From: Raillietiella orientalis
Taxonomy: Eukaryota
DNA: 64,000 nucleotides
Reading direction: 5' to 3'
Assembly (NCBI GenBank): GCA_036172245.1
Contig: JAYWIR010000018.1
Coordinates: forward strand, 3,162,001-3,226,000
This document shows, one piece after another, positions 37,257 through 49,290 of the stretch. A program made the translations under genes and the position numbers. How positions within the stretch are numbered: position 1 is the first letter of the stretch; every line of letters begins with the position of its first letter. A model generated the notes under the pieces. It had not been told where the DNA came from. It saw only the letters and a program-made list of their open reading frames with translations, and did no database searches.

Positions 37257-37922
37257 GGTCCGCGTTGGCGGATGTGTGACTGCGGTTCCCGCGCGTGGCA
37301 CCAAGAGTTGTGAGTTAGAATCCCACCCGGGATGGGATCGACGCCGAGAGATGGATGAGTCGTGAGTTTCGAGGTTGTATGTCCCCTCAGCAAGATGACA
37401 CTGGTTGGCTTGTAGACTCAGGTGCAGCACTGGTGGAATCCAGATGCCCCCGCCGACTGGTTTAGATCGGAATTTGACCCTCTGGGGTCCTTCCAGGAAT
37501 CAAAGAGCCGGTTCCCTTCGGGGTTCTTCTCCAGCTGTGAAAATGAAGCCGTCCTTACCCTTGAGGGGGATCCTTCAATGCGTACCACGGAGCTGGTTGA
37601 TATCCCCCTCGGGGGTTGCCTCTCCAGAGTGTCAGAAGGATCCTGTCCCTTTTGGAGAGCTTTCTTCAGAGGAATTGGGAAGTGTCTTTTCGGTATACTC
37701 TTCAGAGGAGTATCAAAAAGCAGTTTCCATTGGAGAAGAAATGAGGAGTGCTCCCTCCGGGGGTCCCTCCAGAGAGAATGAGGAAGAGTTACCTTAAGAG
37801 ACAAACTAAGATGGTGAACTCCCGGATTCCCTCCCAAGCGTGAGAGGAACGGACTTCTTCATCTGAAGCCTTCCTGGATTCATAGGTGGTCCCCTTCCGG
37901 GGTTATTCCCTAGCTTGAAGAG
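37257..37922 (+). mobile_element. tRNA-headed SINE-like element, copy B
   Basis: Starts GGTCCGCGTTGGCG. Shares GGATCGACGCCGAGA, GGGTCCTTCCAGGAATCAA, TGTGAAAATGAAGCC, GCGTACCACGGAGCTGGTTGATA, GCCTTCCTGGATTCATAGG and CTTGAAGAG with copy A. Confidence 0.85.
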
Positions 37923-38899
37923 TTACACGCACTTTCGGGTGGTGTGGACAGTGTTAAAGAGTTTCGTGAATTGCCAGGCGAACGGTTCTTCAGCACTGGA
38001 AAAAAAACTGGAAGGAGGGCAGTGAAAAGGGAAGAACCCCAAAAGAATTTTAGGTAAAAAATCTTAGGAACTTTGCATCCTTTTGCCATGTCTTTGCTAG
38101 CGTGGTCGCCGGGGAGACATTGGTTTTGGTATTCTCTGGGACGCAAAGACTAGCTGTTCCCCCGTTTCGCCGGTGCTTTTGAAGAGACGGTTGAGTGCCC
38201 ATGATGACGACTACATTAACAGGTCGTCTACATTAACCCCATACCCTGACAAATGCAAGTCCCCCTCTCTTTCCCCTCTCCCAAAAAGCATTCTTTTTGC
38301 CCCCTTTAATAATTGACCAAGTCGAGTTCGTCAATAGCTCTCTGAGGTACTCTAACCAAGATGTATTCCATCGGTTGCGTTTCTTTCCTTCTTTCTTTAG
38401 CTCAGTGTTTCCCGTTCCCTTAAGATAGGTTCGCCGGCATGCCCATCCCATCACGAGCATCGTCGGCCGTGGCGACGGGTCCGGAGACGGAGTCGGAGGA
38501 CGAGGTGGGCGGCAGCGAGTACCGAGAGAGCCGGGAACCGCGCGTAAAGAGCATCCCGGTGAACCACCCGATTTCCTTGGCCGAGGGTGGCTGGAGCGCA
38601 TAACACGCAGAGCCCGCGGGCCAGCAGGCAACACACCATTCCGAATCAAGACCAGAAGTCTGCGAGGAGCATCTCCGCACGAAATGTCGTCACCGAGGAA
38701 ACAGAACAGCCAGTCATCTTCCCGGAGAGAACGTTGATGACACTCGCGCCCTTGAGATAAATAAGCTAACAGGTGCTCCTCTGGCAGGACGACCTTTAGT
38801 CTGCCTCTGGAGTACGCGAGGAACACCCTTGACCCTAGGAGGATTCGCTCCAGGGAGCCATCTGTGAGGTCACAGGATGCGTTTAGCAGCAGTTCGACT

Positions 38900-40150
38900 G
38901 ACAGAAGGCAATCAAAGCGCATCATGTCCGCTGGCAGGGCCTCAGGGGTTCAGGCAATCGGAATCTACCTCCCTGCACTCCTCGGCCCGTGACCGGGGCG
39001 AAGCAGCTCCGTGAAGGAGATAGTGGGACTCCGTCTTCTTCTCGGTGACAGCTCCAAGTTTGGTACGCGAGCGTCCTTAGTACCCTCGTCGCCAGGAGTG
39101 GTCGCTTCGGGCTCGGGGCAAATAAATGGCAGATGGAACGTCTGCCCCTGAAAGCTACGTTCGAGAAAGTGGCGGTCCTCTCTGGCTCAGGCAAGCGTCC
39201 TCCATCCGGGGTCGCTCCTGACGCAGGCCGCAGAGGGAGGGACCATCACGGATTCCTGGCACCCACGCTTCACCTCGGGGTCCACCCAGCAGTGCGTGGG
39301 TAGTAGCCGGATCCTCTTCCACCCGATGCTGTGGCCTTCTTCTGTTTCTGCGTCACTTCTCTTGACCTCAGCCTCTTGCAGTGGAATGCTAGATATTGCA
39401 TTTCCATTCCCTGCTTTGCATTTTCTTCTTACCAGGAGTTCCTTCCATGCCCACTCCTGCAAGGTAACGAGTCGTGCCAGTTGCACCTTGCGCTTCCAGC
39501 CGCTCCCGTTTATCACGCCCTGCAGCAGTCCTGGAAGAGGCAACAGCACATCTCGAGGCACGCGAAACTCAGACTCCTTTCCTGAACGCGTATGTTGAGT
39601 ATGTCTTCCGGGCACGAGGCTGCCCTGTGACACGCCCTGCAGAATTTTGCTCACCGCCCGTGCGCAACTTGCACGCATAGTGGCCGTCTGTCCGGGTCGC
39701 CGCCAACGATCGGCGCGGGCATGCGTCGCCGCGGCTGACTCCTCCCGAGGCTCTATGGGACAGCAGGTTTTGGTCCACGGACGTTCGCGCAGCTATTTCC
39801 GGGGAGGGGAAGCACACTTTCCTTGTTTTCCAGATTTGGTGCCGGGCGGTCAACCATCTTCGCGTCACGTCGTTCCTTGCACCGAACGACCGAATCGGTC
39901 ACACCCCCACCGCCCCTCCGCGCAAAGATGGATCCACCCGTCCCGATTCCATGGAGACTCACCATCCGCCGCCATCCATCCCCGCAGCTCAAAGATCCAA
40001 ACCCTTTTTCTAATAATCAGAGGTCAACCTGCACTCCTCTCCCGTGGTAGTCCGCAGGGAAGCCTTCCAGCAACTGGTCGACTTCAAGGGACACTTCCGT
40101 CGGGCCATTGCGGCCACGTGGATAAATGATTCCTCATTCCCTTGAAAAGA
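38900..40150 (-). mobile_element. Decayed CR1-clade reverse transcriptase
   Basis: ORF 39187..39678 has ILQGVSQGSLVPG (like GVPQGSvLGP) and LQEWAWKELL..RKCK (like l..Ws..w...fN..KCk). ORF 38922.. has KRPLL...YQTWSCHREED (like vRP.LeY....WsP....di). Confidence 0.62.
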
Positions 40151-40829
40151 CCTCCCATCAATTTAGAGCGTTTTTGAAATTGACTCAGGCTTTTCCGCTC
40201 GTTCCGTTCGCAGGGAATGACGTAACGATGCTTACGCGACTTTCGCGCATACACCAAAATCGGTGCTTGCGAATTTGTCGTTTTCAGCACCTTTAGGAAT
40301 TCTCAGCGGCGTTGTGGTAAATCTACTGCTGGATGAACCGCGTTCCCTTTCCCGCAGATCGCACAACAGGTCCGCGGGCGCCCATGCGGAGCGTAGGTCG
40401 TTCACTCAGAAGGAATGGATCGTGGCGGTAGCGAGGAGGAGGAGGCATTCCTCCACGGAAGAGTGCAGCGGGACGGTGTCTGGAGGAAAGCCACTAGCGG
40501 TCATCGTGCCGCGAGACGACGGGTACTCCTTCCACGGTCTCCACGGCAGACGGAGGCGCTCTTCCGCAGCAGCACAACCACCCGCAGGTCTACTTGGAAG
40601 GGGAGGGCGCGTCGAGCAGAGAAATCAGGCATGGAAAATTCCACTCCTGGCTTCCCGGGTCGTTCCTCACTTTCCTCGACAGAGAGGAGATTACCAGGGC
40701 AACCGCCTCGCGGCAGACATTGCCTTCCCGCTTCCAGCTGCTGGCGTGCTGCCTCCGCTCCTAGGGCGTAGGGCGACGGCTGCTGGCTGTGGCCGAGGGC
40801 GCAGCTCGTCCATGGAGAAGACTCTTCTA

Positions 40830-41700
40830 GGCAGTTCCTACTGTGATCGTCGTCATGGAGAGGGGAGGGAGGGGGCAAGAAGGCGCCGACAGTCGGTGTC
40901 TCCACCCTACCCCATCCCCCTTCCAAGGCGAAGCGGGTCTCAACGTCATCACCCAGCGGCGGCTCAGTTCGACGGCAGCAGTCCCTGTCCAGCGACGCGA
41001 GACGCTCGTTGCACGGGGAGAGATCGAGCTCAGTAGGAGCGACGCCACGTACTGCCGTCTGACGGGAGGGTGAGGTGCGTTGCAGTGATCGAACCCAAGC
41101 GTATCCATGACGTTTGCGAAGACGAGTGAATATTTCATTCCGAGAAGCCGTACCTCTTATTTGAAAGAAAGTGAGAATTTTTGCAGCCAGGCGTGCTGTC
41201 CCTCACCACCGGGGACCAACCCTACTGGGAGACCCCCATTGGCGGGGAAGGATAGATGTATAGGGAATGGGATAGGTTGAGCGATCCCACGGTGCTTGAC
41301 ACAATCCCCGAGGACCTGCGGAGGAGTCTCCGGTATGAAGTCAGTTCGCCTACAGGCGGTCGAAGACCCCCCCTCGTACCTCGGATCCGAGGTTGCGCCA
41401 TGTCGCCACCCTTGGCGCGTGGACGTCGGCGCTCGCAAGTGGCGGGGCCGCCCCCCTTCCCCCGCGTCAGGTGGTAGCACGTGGCGGAGGACCTCCAGGA
41501 GACCGGCAAGCCCGAAGAGGAGGACGCTCCTCGGAAGATCGGTCCGCGGGGCGGCATCGGAAGGAAGGATGAAGAGCCTCCGAGACCGTCGCCGACTCAG
41601 CCTTTCGCATCCGAACAGCATGAGCGCTGAAGCGTCTCTCCTGTAGTGGGGAACATCCCTTGGGGGAGACGCGCATACTGCAGGCTTTCCAGTTCATCCC
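40830..41700 (-). mobile_element. Decayed MULE (Mutator-like) transposase
   Basis: VGDGLG (like w..DGTF), TDFIPETPPQV...PFPIHL (like tDFE.a...a....p.....gC.FHl), FK.EVRLL and DGVGWRHRL (like NN..EGWH.rl). Confidence 0.48.
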
Positions 41701-42829
41701 GAGCCACGATGCAAGGAGGCGGGCACCTAGGAGCCGAAGGCGTGCGAACTCTGCTGTGGTAGGAAGACCTCATCACGGAGCCCGGGTCCTCCCGCTTCCG
41801 TGCCGCCTTCCAGATTTCCCACTCAGGAAACTGAACCCGTCCGCGATGGCGAAGGACGAGGGAGAATCCAATCCGTGAAGAGGACGCTTGAGCCGTCGTG
41901 CGGGAGTGTTTCTCGGGCATGAGAGAGGGTGCCAATCACGCGAGACCCCTGCCGTGCACTCCTGCGGAAGGAAGCGCCGCTCGTTCCTCGGTCAAACGTC
42001 CCTTCGGTCCTCCAGGAAAGGAGGAGAGGGAGGGGGAGCTTGCGGAAATGCAGTGTGAGGCGACCACGGGACGCCTGAGGGCATAGGAAGGGCGTTGGCA
42101 ACGTGTCGTCGCCACTCGTTCGGTGGTGCAGGAGGGGGGCACGGGAATACGAAGTACCGCGAGCAGCCTCCGTGAAAGGGTAGGCGTCGACACGGGATCT
42201 TCGTATCCTCCTCTCGGCGCCTTTGGGAGGGAACGCCGCCAGCCGGAATAGTCGCGAAGTCCCTCCAGCCTGTCCATTGCTCAGCCCGACGCGAACTGCT
42301 GGAGGGCGGGAAGCCTCCTTTGGCGCTCGAACGGAGCACTGGGAAGAGCAGAGGATTGGCAGCACCTCTGCAGAGGTCGGCAGCTCCGGCGGACGCCGAG
42401 CAGGCGGCCGGAAGACGAGGGAGGGGAAGGTTCCTTCCAGGTGCGCACCACGTGCAGCGCGTTGGGGCGAGAGGAGGAGGAGATTCTGATGCCGGTGCTC
42501 CCTCGGTGTCCGACCTTCGAGCCATGAGCTTCGGCCGCTGCCGGCGCTCGCAAGGCATGCGTCCACGCGCTTTTCGGGTTTTTGGACAGTCAGTTGCCGT
42601 TACCAGGGGCGATCCGAGTGGTTTTCGAGCTTCCAGGAGAGGAAAAAGAAGGAAAGATCGGGGTCACTCAGAGTTTACCGCTATGAGAGTTTCGCTGGGG
42701 AACGAGCCGTCTCCATGAAGGCCAACCAGAGGACCTCATCATTCCGCGACAGCACCCACCCCTTCGGCCGCTCCGGGAGGTCCTCCGATTGAGCAGACCA
42801 AATGGTAGCCAGAGGTTACCCGAATCGCG

Positions 42830-44450
42830 AGCCGGACCCCCGGACTCTGCTCCTATGGCGGCCAGGAGACGACCAGGCGAAGAGGATTTCCTAGATCTCC
42901 GGGAAGTTCTCCCGGGTTGGGTTCACCTGACTGCGTTTTCCTAGCCGATACAATTCGGGAAGACGGCAGGCAGGCATACCTCTCCTTTGTCCACTCTATT
43001 CTTTTCTCTACCTGTGGCAAGGATCGAGGATTGCCTAGAGCATTTTCCTTGGGGTGGGAATGGGAGACTCTTTGACACTGTCCACGCCACCCGAGGGTGC
43101 GAGGCAATCTTCAATTTACAGAAGCTGATCCCAAAGGGACCATTTTATAAATCCGGGAAGTCTCCGGAGGAATGAGTCCGTTCCTCTCACGCTTGGGAGG
43201 AGAATCCGGAAGGGAACCCTCACCCTGGTTATTTCCGGAAGGAACCCCGAAGGGTCTTCCCCGAACGGTCTCTTCAGAGGTTCGTGGAAGTCGCTCCTAA
43301 ATTTCTTCTCCGGAAGGACCCCGGGCAAGAAAACCGCTCCTTGTTTGCTCCTCCGAAGAGAACCGCGAAGGACGCTTCCCAATTTTTCTGAAGAGCCCTT
43401 CGAAAAGAGCAGCGCACTTGCACTCTGGGGAGGCAAATACCCCAGGGGAGTGTCAACCAGCTCCATAGTACGCGATGGAGGGTCCATTTTCACAACCGGA
43501 AGGGACCCCCCGAAAGTATCCGGCACCTTGGTTCCTCGAAGGACCCCGGAGGGCCGACTTCCAATTCCAGGTAGTCAACAGGGGCATGCGACTATCTGGA
43601 ATTGGAAGTCGACCAACAGGGGCATACAGTTTCCGGCTTCCACCGGTGTCGCAACCGAAGCCCGTGAGCAAACCAGCGTATCATCTTTGCAGGGGGGACC
43701 CGAAACCCACCACGCACCCTCCATTTCTCGGCGTCGATGCTTCCCCGGGAGGGATTTGATCTGCGGCTATCGGTGCCAGGCGTGGAGGCACAGCCGCCAA
43801 CGCGGACCCTCCTTCGGCAGCTGGGGAACCAAGCGCAGGGAGCCGAGTTATGAGACTGGAGACGGACCTCTGTATCTTCCTGCGCCGCAAGAGCTCATCG
43901 AGGCAGACTGCGGCTGCGAGCGGAGGAGGCCGCAAGTACGAGAGCGCGCACCGACAACACTCAAAGATTCGAAACACCGTGCACGGTCCCCGGCGCTCGA
44001 TCCCTGCGTGAATGTTTTCTCTGCGTCGAACTCCGCTGCGGATGACGATAAAACCATCCGTCACTTGCAGCTGTTTGAGAAGCGGAGAGCGGCTGCTCAG
44101 TCTTCGAAGAGCGAAAGTTGGTGCATCCCGTTGTCAAAACGGAAATGGGCATGCGAGACTCAGAAGAGACTCCCTAAAAACGAAAGGGAAAGCGGAAGAC
44201 TGAGCTCTGAAATCGGCGTCGCCGAGTGAGCGGAACCGGAAACTCTGCACCGACTTTTTTGCAAGGAAGGCAGTGGCCCTCGAGGAGTAGCTCCCGAAAG
44301 CGGAAGACGAAAAGAACGCTTTCCGAATCGTGCGCGCGGGCAGGGAGCCGCGAATCTCCTTTGCTGCAGCTGCTGTGGGGAACATTCGGAAGCGCGAGAT
44401 GACCACCACGCCTCCTTCATCCGTCCGCTCCTTCAGAAGCGGGGATCGGT
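42830..44450 (+). mobile_element. Decayed hAT Tip100/ZMYM1-like transposase interrupted by SINE copy C
   Basis: CSYGGQETT (like q.YDGA..msG) and LFFSLPVAR...LFDTVHATRG (like fF..S.kR...l..lc.TRW). After the SINE, LYLPAPQELI (like y.p.ld.li) and GPRGVAPESGRRKERF (like lPv.sa..ERsFS). Confidence 0.5.
43108..43808 (-). mobile_element. tRNA-headed SINE-like element, copy C (more diverged)
   Basis: Minus strand starts GGTCCGCGTTGGCG and contains ATCGACGCCGAGA, ACCGGTGGAAGCCGGAAAC, TGTGAAAATG, GGAGCTGGTTGA, CCCAGAGTGCAAG, AATTGGGAAGCGTCC and CTCCCAAGCGTGAGAGGAACG. Ends TTGAAGA. Confidence 0.82.
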
Positions 44451-44859
44451 TTGAGCAGGACGAGGACCCAAACGTCTCTTGCGCTTGAAAGTGGCTTCCC
44501 GGTGGAACACGGAGGGCTCCGGGCCCGTGCCCCGGACTCGCATGCGAAGCACTTCCTCTTCTCCACCCTTCCCGTGCGACTCGTATCACAAAAGCTCCGC
44601 AAGAACATCTGTAATTTCCTGCTGAACTGCACTTCCTCATTTTCCTCCCTGCTCTTCATTATGGCACCCTGTGCACCTCTTTGTGCTTTTTATGAATTTA
44701 TCCCGGTTCCTTCGTTTTTCCCCGACATCCAGATTTATGCCATAAAAGATCAAACCATTCAGTTATATTGCTCCATCATAAAATCGCAGTCCCTACCGTT
44801 CCCTTCCGTACCGAAATCTACCCGCGTGCGTGAAGCGGCGGTCTCGGGCGCTTAGGAAG

Positions 44860-46230
44860 GCGGGAGGAAAAGACGTTGATGAACACGTACTGCTCTTGGA
44901 AACGCAGTGGAACACCAGGTCACAAGTGTTTGGTCGCCTTAGCAAACTCGGCGCTCGCATTTTTTTTCTATTCTTTTATTTTTTCCCTCCTTCTTCGAGA
45001 CAGCTAATGGGGCGGGCCTCCGAGGAAGTGGACGTGACAAGACGAAGTTTGCGAAGGCTTTGCCTCGGCTAGGAAGCCTGCATGCTCCCTGTGAGGGCAC
45101 ACGTAAGGGGATGTTTGTGACGTCACACGAGGTACACTGAACCGCACGTCGCGCTTACACGGCAATAGCCGCGCTCACTGAGAACGCGTAATTGCACAGA
45201 GATCAGCTGTCGGACCGTCACCCGGGCGCTGGAGCGTTTATTTCATATTAGAAAAAAAATAAACAATCATAGTCTCTGTGGTTGGACCATCGGTCCAGCC
45301 ACGTGCAATTTAATGGGAGCCTGACGGGTCACCGGTACGCAAAACGGTGGGATCCGCCACGGCAGCTGAAAGGAGGGGCAAACAAAAAGAAAAAACAAAA
45401 CAAAACAATAATAATCAATACATAAACTTTGGGAAGGGATCACGTCCTGCTGGAGGTGGTCTGCATCCTCTGCAAGCTCTTGCTGCACACAGTGCTTCAG
45501 GTGGGAACATTTCGTTGCCATCCTCATGAACAGGACGGGGAAGTGGATGGCATCCCTGTCGCTGTGCTCTCTTGCGTCGCTCCAGGCAGCTGAAATCCAG
45601 CGTAGGCAGCAAAGAGCTAGCGAGGCTGCGGATCGAGGTGCGTCGCGAACAAGGAGGGGTTTCAAAGTGTCCCTGCAGTTGCCGCTGGGAGTTCCTAAGG
45701 TCGCGGAAAAGCTCTCCCAGAGGGGCTGGGAAGCAACTCGATCCACAAGCAGGTGCGGGAGGGAGAGATCAGGTGTCGGAGGTTCATCCAGCAATGCTCT
45801 CGGAATAAAACTGCGGAAAGCAAGCGATTTTCAAAGCGATGAGCGCAATCACCAGCAATTTTTTTTGGCATTTCTGCATTTGTTGTCTTCTTAGCTTCTG
45901 GGTGTTTCGTCAGTCAGATTTCTGAGGGGATGAATGGTGTGGGTTTGTTCTTGCACATGCGGGCGACGAAAGGAAGGAAGCATAAGTAGCCTCTGTGAGG
46001 TGCTTATGCCTGGAGGCTTCAGATTGGTGGGCGAAATCAGCCGAGACCTTGTAACGGAGCACTCGGACCTACTTGGACATCGATCGGCTTCCACTTGGAG
46101 AACAGAGAATGTGGATAATCACAACGTGATGGCAGAGCGCAACCATCGGCTTATGAGGACTTGCAGAAAACGACGTCCTGAGGACAGAGCACTCTGCAAA
46201 AAGGTGATCGGCGCCGATTGTGCCATCTGA
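44860..46230 (+). mobile_element. Decayed Penelope-like element (RT C-terminal half plus GIY-YIG endonuclease)
   Basis: FPPSSRQLMG (like splSp.lAn.fM), KQNNNNQYINF (like KpT.t.qYlnf) and LQLPLGVPKVAEKL (like lPy...lSe.l). ORF 45934.. reads MVWVCSCTCG...EG...LVTEH...GH (like vvY.f.C.Cg..YiG....si..H....gH). Truncated by the inverted-duplication arm. Confidence 0.6.
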
Positions 46231-46233
46231 AAA

Positions 46234-47435
46234 ATGAGTTCAGCCGACTGCATCGCACCACAAAGTTCGCACTTCAATCTTGCACGGATGGTGCAGAATT
46301 GTTCCCAGGTACCATGAGATTCAACGAAAGATCTTTTAACTCTCATCGGAGGGACTCCAGAATTTTTGCGCGCTTGCTGACCGCATCTGTTTCTCAGCCA
46401 AAAATGGCGGAAAGCAGGTGAAAATTTCGCGTGCCATGTGTGCAAGCATTCCGAATCTCGAAACCAAAGACGTCCCTTCGTTGTATGCCATGGGTGTAGT
46501 AATTATCGCTGAAAAGGGCGTCCCATAGCAGATGGACTGTCATCAACAGAGGAAGAAACGGCTAGAAAAGTCGAAGAACATCCCTAGAAAGGGTTGGTGG
46601 CGATGCTACCACTGACAGCTGGACTGCGAACGAGGTCGGCAGGATGGACAGGAACAGAGACCGTCAGCCGGGATGCTGAGTGCTCGGCCTTCAACACGCA
46701 CGCGTGTATGTGAAGCTGTGTGGCGAAAGCATACAGCAAAATGGAGATGAAAGAAATTCGGAGGCAAATTCCAAGGCATACGTGGCGCTCATTTAGTGGA
46801 TGAAGGGCTCACGAAACCAGTTTGCCAGATCGCTCTTCAAGTTATAGGGTGCAACCGGGTAGGGACGATCCTATGAATCCAGGAAGGCTCCGGAGGAAGG
46901 CGTTCGTTCCTCTTACGCCTTGGGAGAGTAACCCGGAAGTCGTCCTGGTTGGAGGGAACCCCGAAGGAAACTACTACCTCTTCCTTATTCTCTCCGAAGA
47001 GACCATCCGGTTTGTGAACGGTGCTCCAGAATTTCTTCTCCGGAGAAAAGCTGCACTTCTTTCCTCCTCCGCAGAGAACCCCGAAGGGACGCTTCCCAAT
47101 TTCTCGGAAGGGCAACGCACTTCTTGCACTCTGGGGAGACAACGACCCGAGGGGGGTATCAACCAGCTCCGTGGTACGCGATGGAGTGTCTCCTTCCGAA
47201 GGTGAGGTCGGCTTCATTTTCACAAGCGGAAAGGGACCCCGAAGGGAGACGGCTCCTTGATTCCTGGAAGGACCCTGGACAGTCAATTCGAATCCCGGTC
47301 AAGGAACGGGAGCATCCGGTTTCCGGCTTCCACCGGTACTGCATCGGAATTCCGTTGGTCAACCAGCCATCACCTTGCGGGAGGGACTCGAAACCCACGA
47401 CGGACCCTGCATTCTCGGCGTCGATCCTTCCCCGG
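46234..47435. repeat. Right arm of the 1.2-kb inverted duplication
   Basis: Reverse complement of 29371-30572 (SINE body plus ~600 bp of hAT relic). Flanks on both sides differ from those of the left arm. Confidence 0.97.
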
Positions 47436-47516
47436 GTGGGATTCGAATCGGCTCGCTTGTTGACCAACGGATACCGCTTGGCGCCACGCGCGGAGGCATA
47501 CGGGCGCCGACGTAGG
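46833..47516 (-). mobile_element. tRNA-headed SINE-like element, copy D (own head, body near-identical to copy A)
   Basis: Body is part of the inverted duplication. Head 47436-47516 differs from copy A but keeps CGCGTGGCGCCAAG and ATTCGAATCC. Confidence 0.8.
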
Positions 47517-47799
47517 CGCATCTAAAGGAGAAATTTTGGCGACTGTCGGCATTCACCAGTTTGGGCAAATGGCAAGCGCTTTGAATCCCCGAATCCACTA
47601 GGGGAACATTAATAAGCAGTTTGTGGAGGGACTCGCTAAGGCAGAGCGGGAGCTCTTTTTCGGAGAACGCTCATGTGGGGCAGCTGATAAAAATGAAGAT
47701 GAGATTATGCTAAAATTGCAAATCAGCATGGGAAAGAAAGAAGGAAATTAAATCCGCATCGAAATGGGTTCTACTGAGCAAAGTTTGTTACCCAAAAGC

Positions 47800-48320
47800 A
47801 TCCTTCCGGGAAGATGTGTTCCTCAAGGGATGTACTTTTGCACTAGTTTTCGAGGAAAGCTAAGTCTGAAAACATTGCCCAGCAGATGGTTAGAAGAAGA
47901 CTCGACCAAGTAGTCCAAGCCCTGCTTATGAGCTGTTTGGGAAGCTGAAATCCGAGTCAAGGTGGAGTTCTCCGTGAGTTGGGCGTCCTTGGACGATACA
48001 CCGAGGACGTGGTGTGACACGTGGCTCATTTGAGTTCGATGGATTCCTCTCATTTTCTGTTCGAGATCCACTTGATGGAAGAGGAATGGTGCTGAATCGA
48101 AGGCTAGCAACTGAAGCACAGGAACGCAATCCTCAGTACAGGAATGAAAACGGCGACGTCGACAGAATGCGGGGTCTGCAGCTTTGCTCTTGAAAAGACG
48201 CTCGCCTCTTCCCGGAGCGCCCGCGTGGCCGAAGTTTGTGTGGATGGCCGCTCCTAGCTGCGCATGCTTTGCCGCAAATAACCCTCCTACTGAAGTACCG
48301 GGATTGAACTCGAACGTCAA
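47800..48320 (-). mobile_element. Decayed Crypton-type (DUF3504) tyrosine recombinase
   Basis: ORF 47823..48320 has FNPGTSVGGLFAAK (like e..sK..qGGl...k), DCVPVLQL (like rCpV....Y) and KQGLDY...SSNHLL...FRLSFPRKLVQKY (like aGl....tNHSlrat....lf..g.pek.iq..tGH). Confidence 0.52.
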
Positions 48321-49290
48321 GTGTGACTAATAACCAGAAGAGGGGGGGAGAAGGAATCGAAAATCACATGCATGCCCGGGTAACGATTTTTCAGGTCTGC
48401 AGCGACCTTCGTGCATGTCATCGGAAATTGTTTCTGAGATTCGTGAGAACTTCTGCCCTCTTCTCTCCTCTTTTTCTCTTCTTCTTCCCCTTTTTGATGC
48501 TTCCCTGACAAGGACAGCATGCAAGGAAGCGAGCAGAATTTTCACGATGACCCATTTGTCAAATTAACATGTTTGCCTCGTGATTTAAAAGCTTCAGGGT
48601 CCATTCCCGTGCCACAACATACAGATGAAACGAAATCGTAAAGAGTGAAATTTCGATCTTCTGTCGAGTCGTTTCTGGAACATCGATCGGTCTCCCACGA
48701 GCTTCCTCCAAGGAGTGCACAGAAACAAACTCCCCGCTGGTGTCTGCGATGGACTGTCCGTCGATCGACTTGGGAATTAATGCTAAGGCGGCTTATGGGT
48801 AGTTGCGCGGTGTGAAGGAAAGAATGGGCCGCGTAGGCTTTCGTGGAGTTCAATTTCACGCTGTAGCAGAGAAAGAAAAAAAGGTACTACAGGGAATATA
48901 AATATGTAAATAAATACGGTGTGTGTATTTTTAGCTCATATCAGCCCCTTGCGTTGCAGTTTGCACGTGACTGAATCACCATAGTAGGTGTTAAACCGTT
49001 GCTGCTTCTATTTATGGAGTACTATGTATTGCAAGACGATTTTTATATTATTAACAGGCGCTTCGGACACTGAATTTTATGTAATTGAGTATTCGTCTTG
49101 CTGACCATAATAATAACCACAATCCCGTGGGATGGTGCGTACAGATCGCTTGCTGAAGTCGAAGCTTGGTTGCGCTGACCTCCTCGGTTCCGATGAAGAA
49201 CGTCTGCAAACGGCCGCTTGTCCGTCGCGCAATGCTGTCTATTGCAAACCACCCGGACCAAATACCCACAAAATCGAATCAAATGGAACC

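Noticed and set aside
40263..41036. 257-aa ORF (and similarly 38233..38925 and 41823..42566)
   Set aside because: Low-information GC-rich translations overlapping TE relics, with no recognisable domain or splice structure.
43345..44229. 294-aa ORF as a gene
   Set aside because: It runs through the antisense of SINE copy C into a hAT relic, a chance fusion.
46170..46235. Hammerhead ribozyme at the Penelope 3' end
   Set aside because: CTGAGGA and CTGAAAA are present, but there is no matching GAAAC core with closing stems, and the region is cut by the duplication arm.
29371..47435. An 18-kb Polinton/Maverick or other giant transposon bounded by 1.2-kb TIRs
   Set aside because: The arms begin inside a SINE and end inside a hAT relic. 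No target-site duplication or Polinton-like termini are seen, and the interior is unrelated decayed TEs with no pPolB, capsid, ATPase or intact integrase.
1..48520. Unistrand (flamenco-like) piRNA cluster
   Set aside because: TE relics lie on both strands in similar numbers, so there is no orientation bias.
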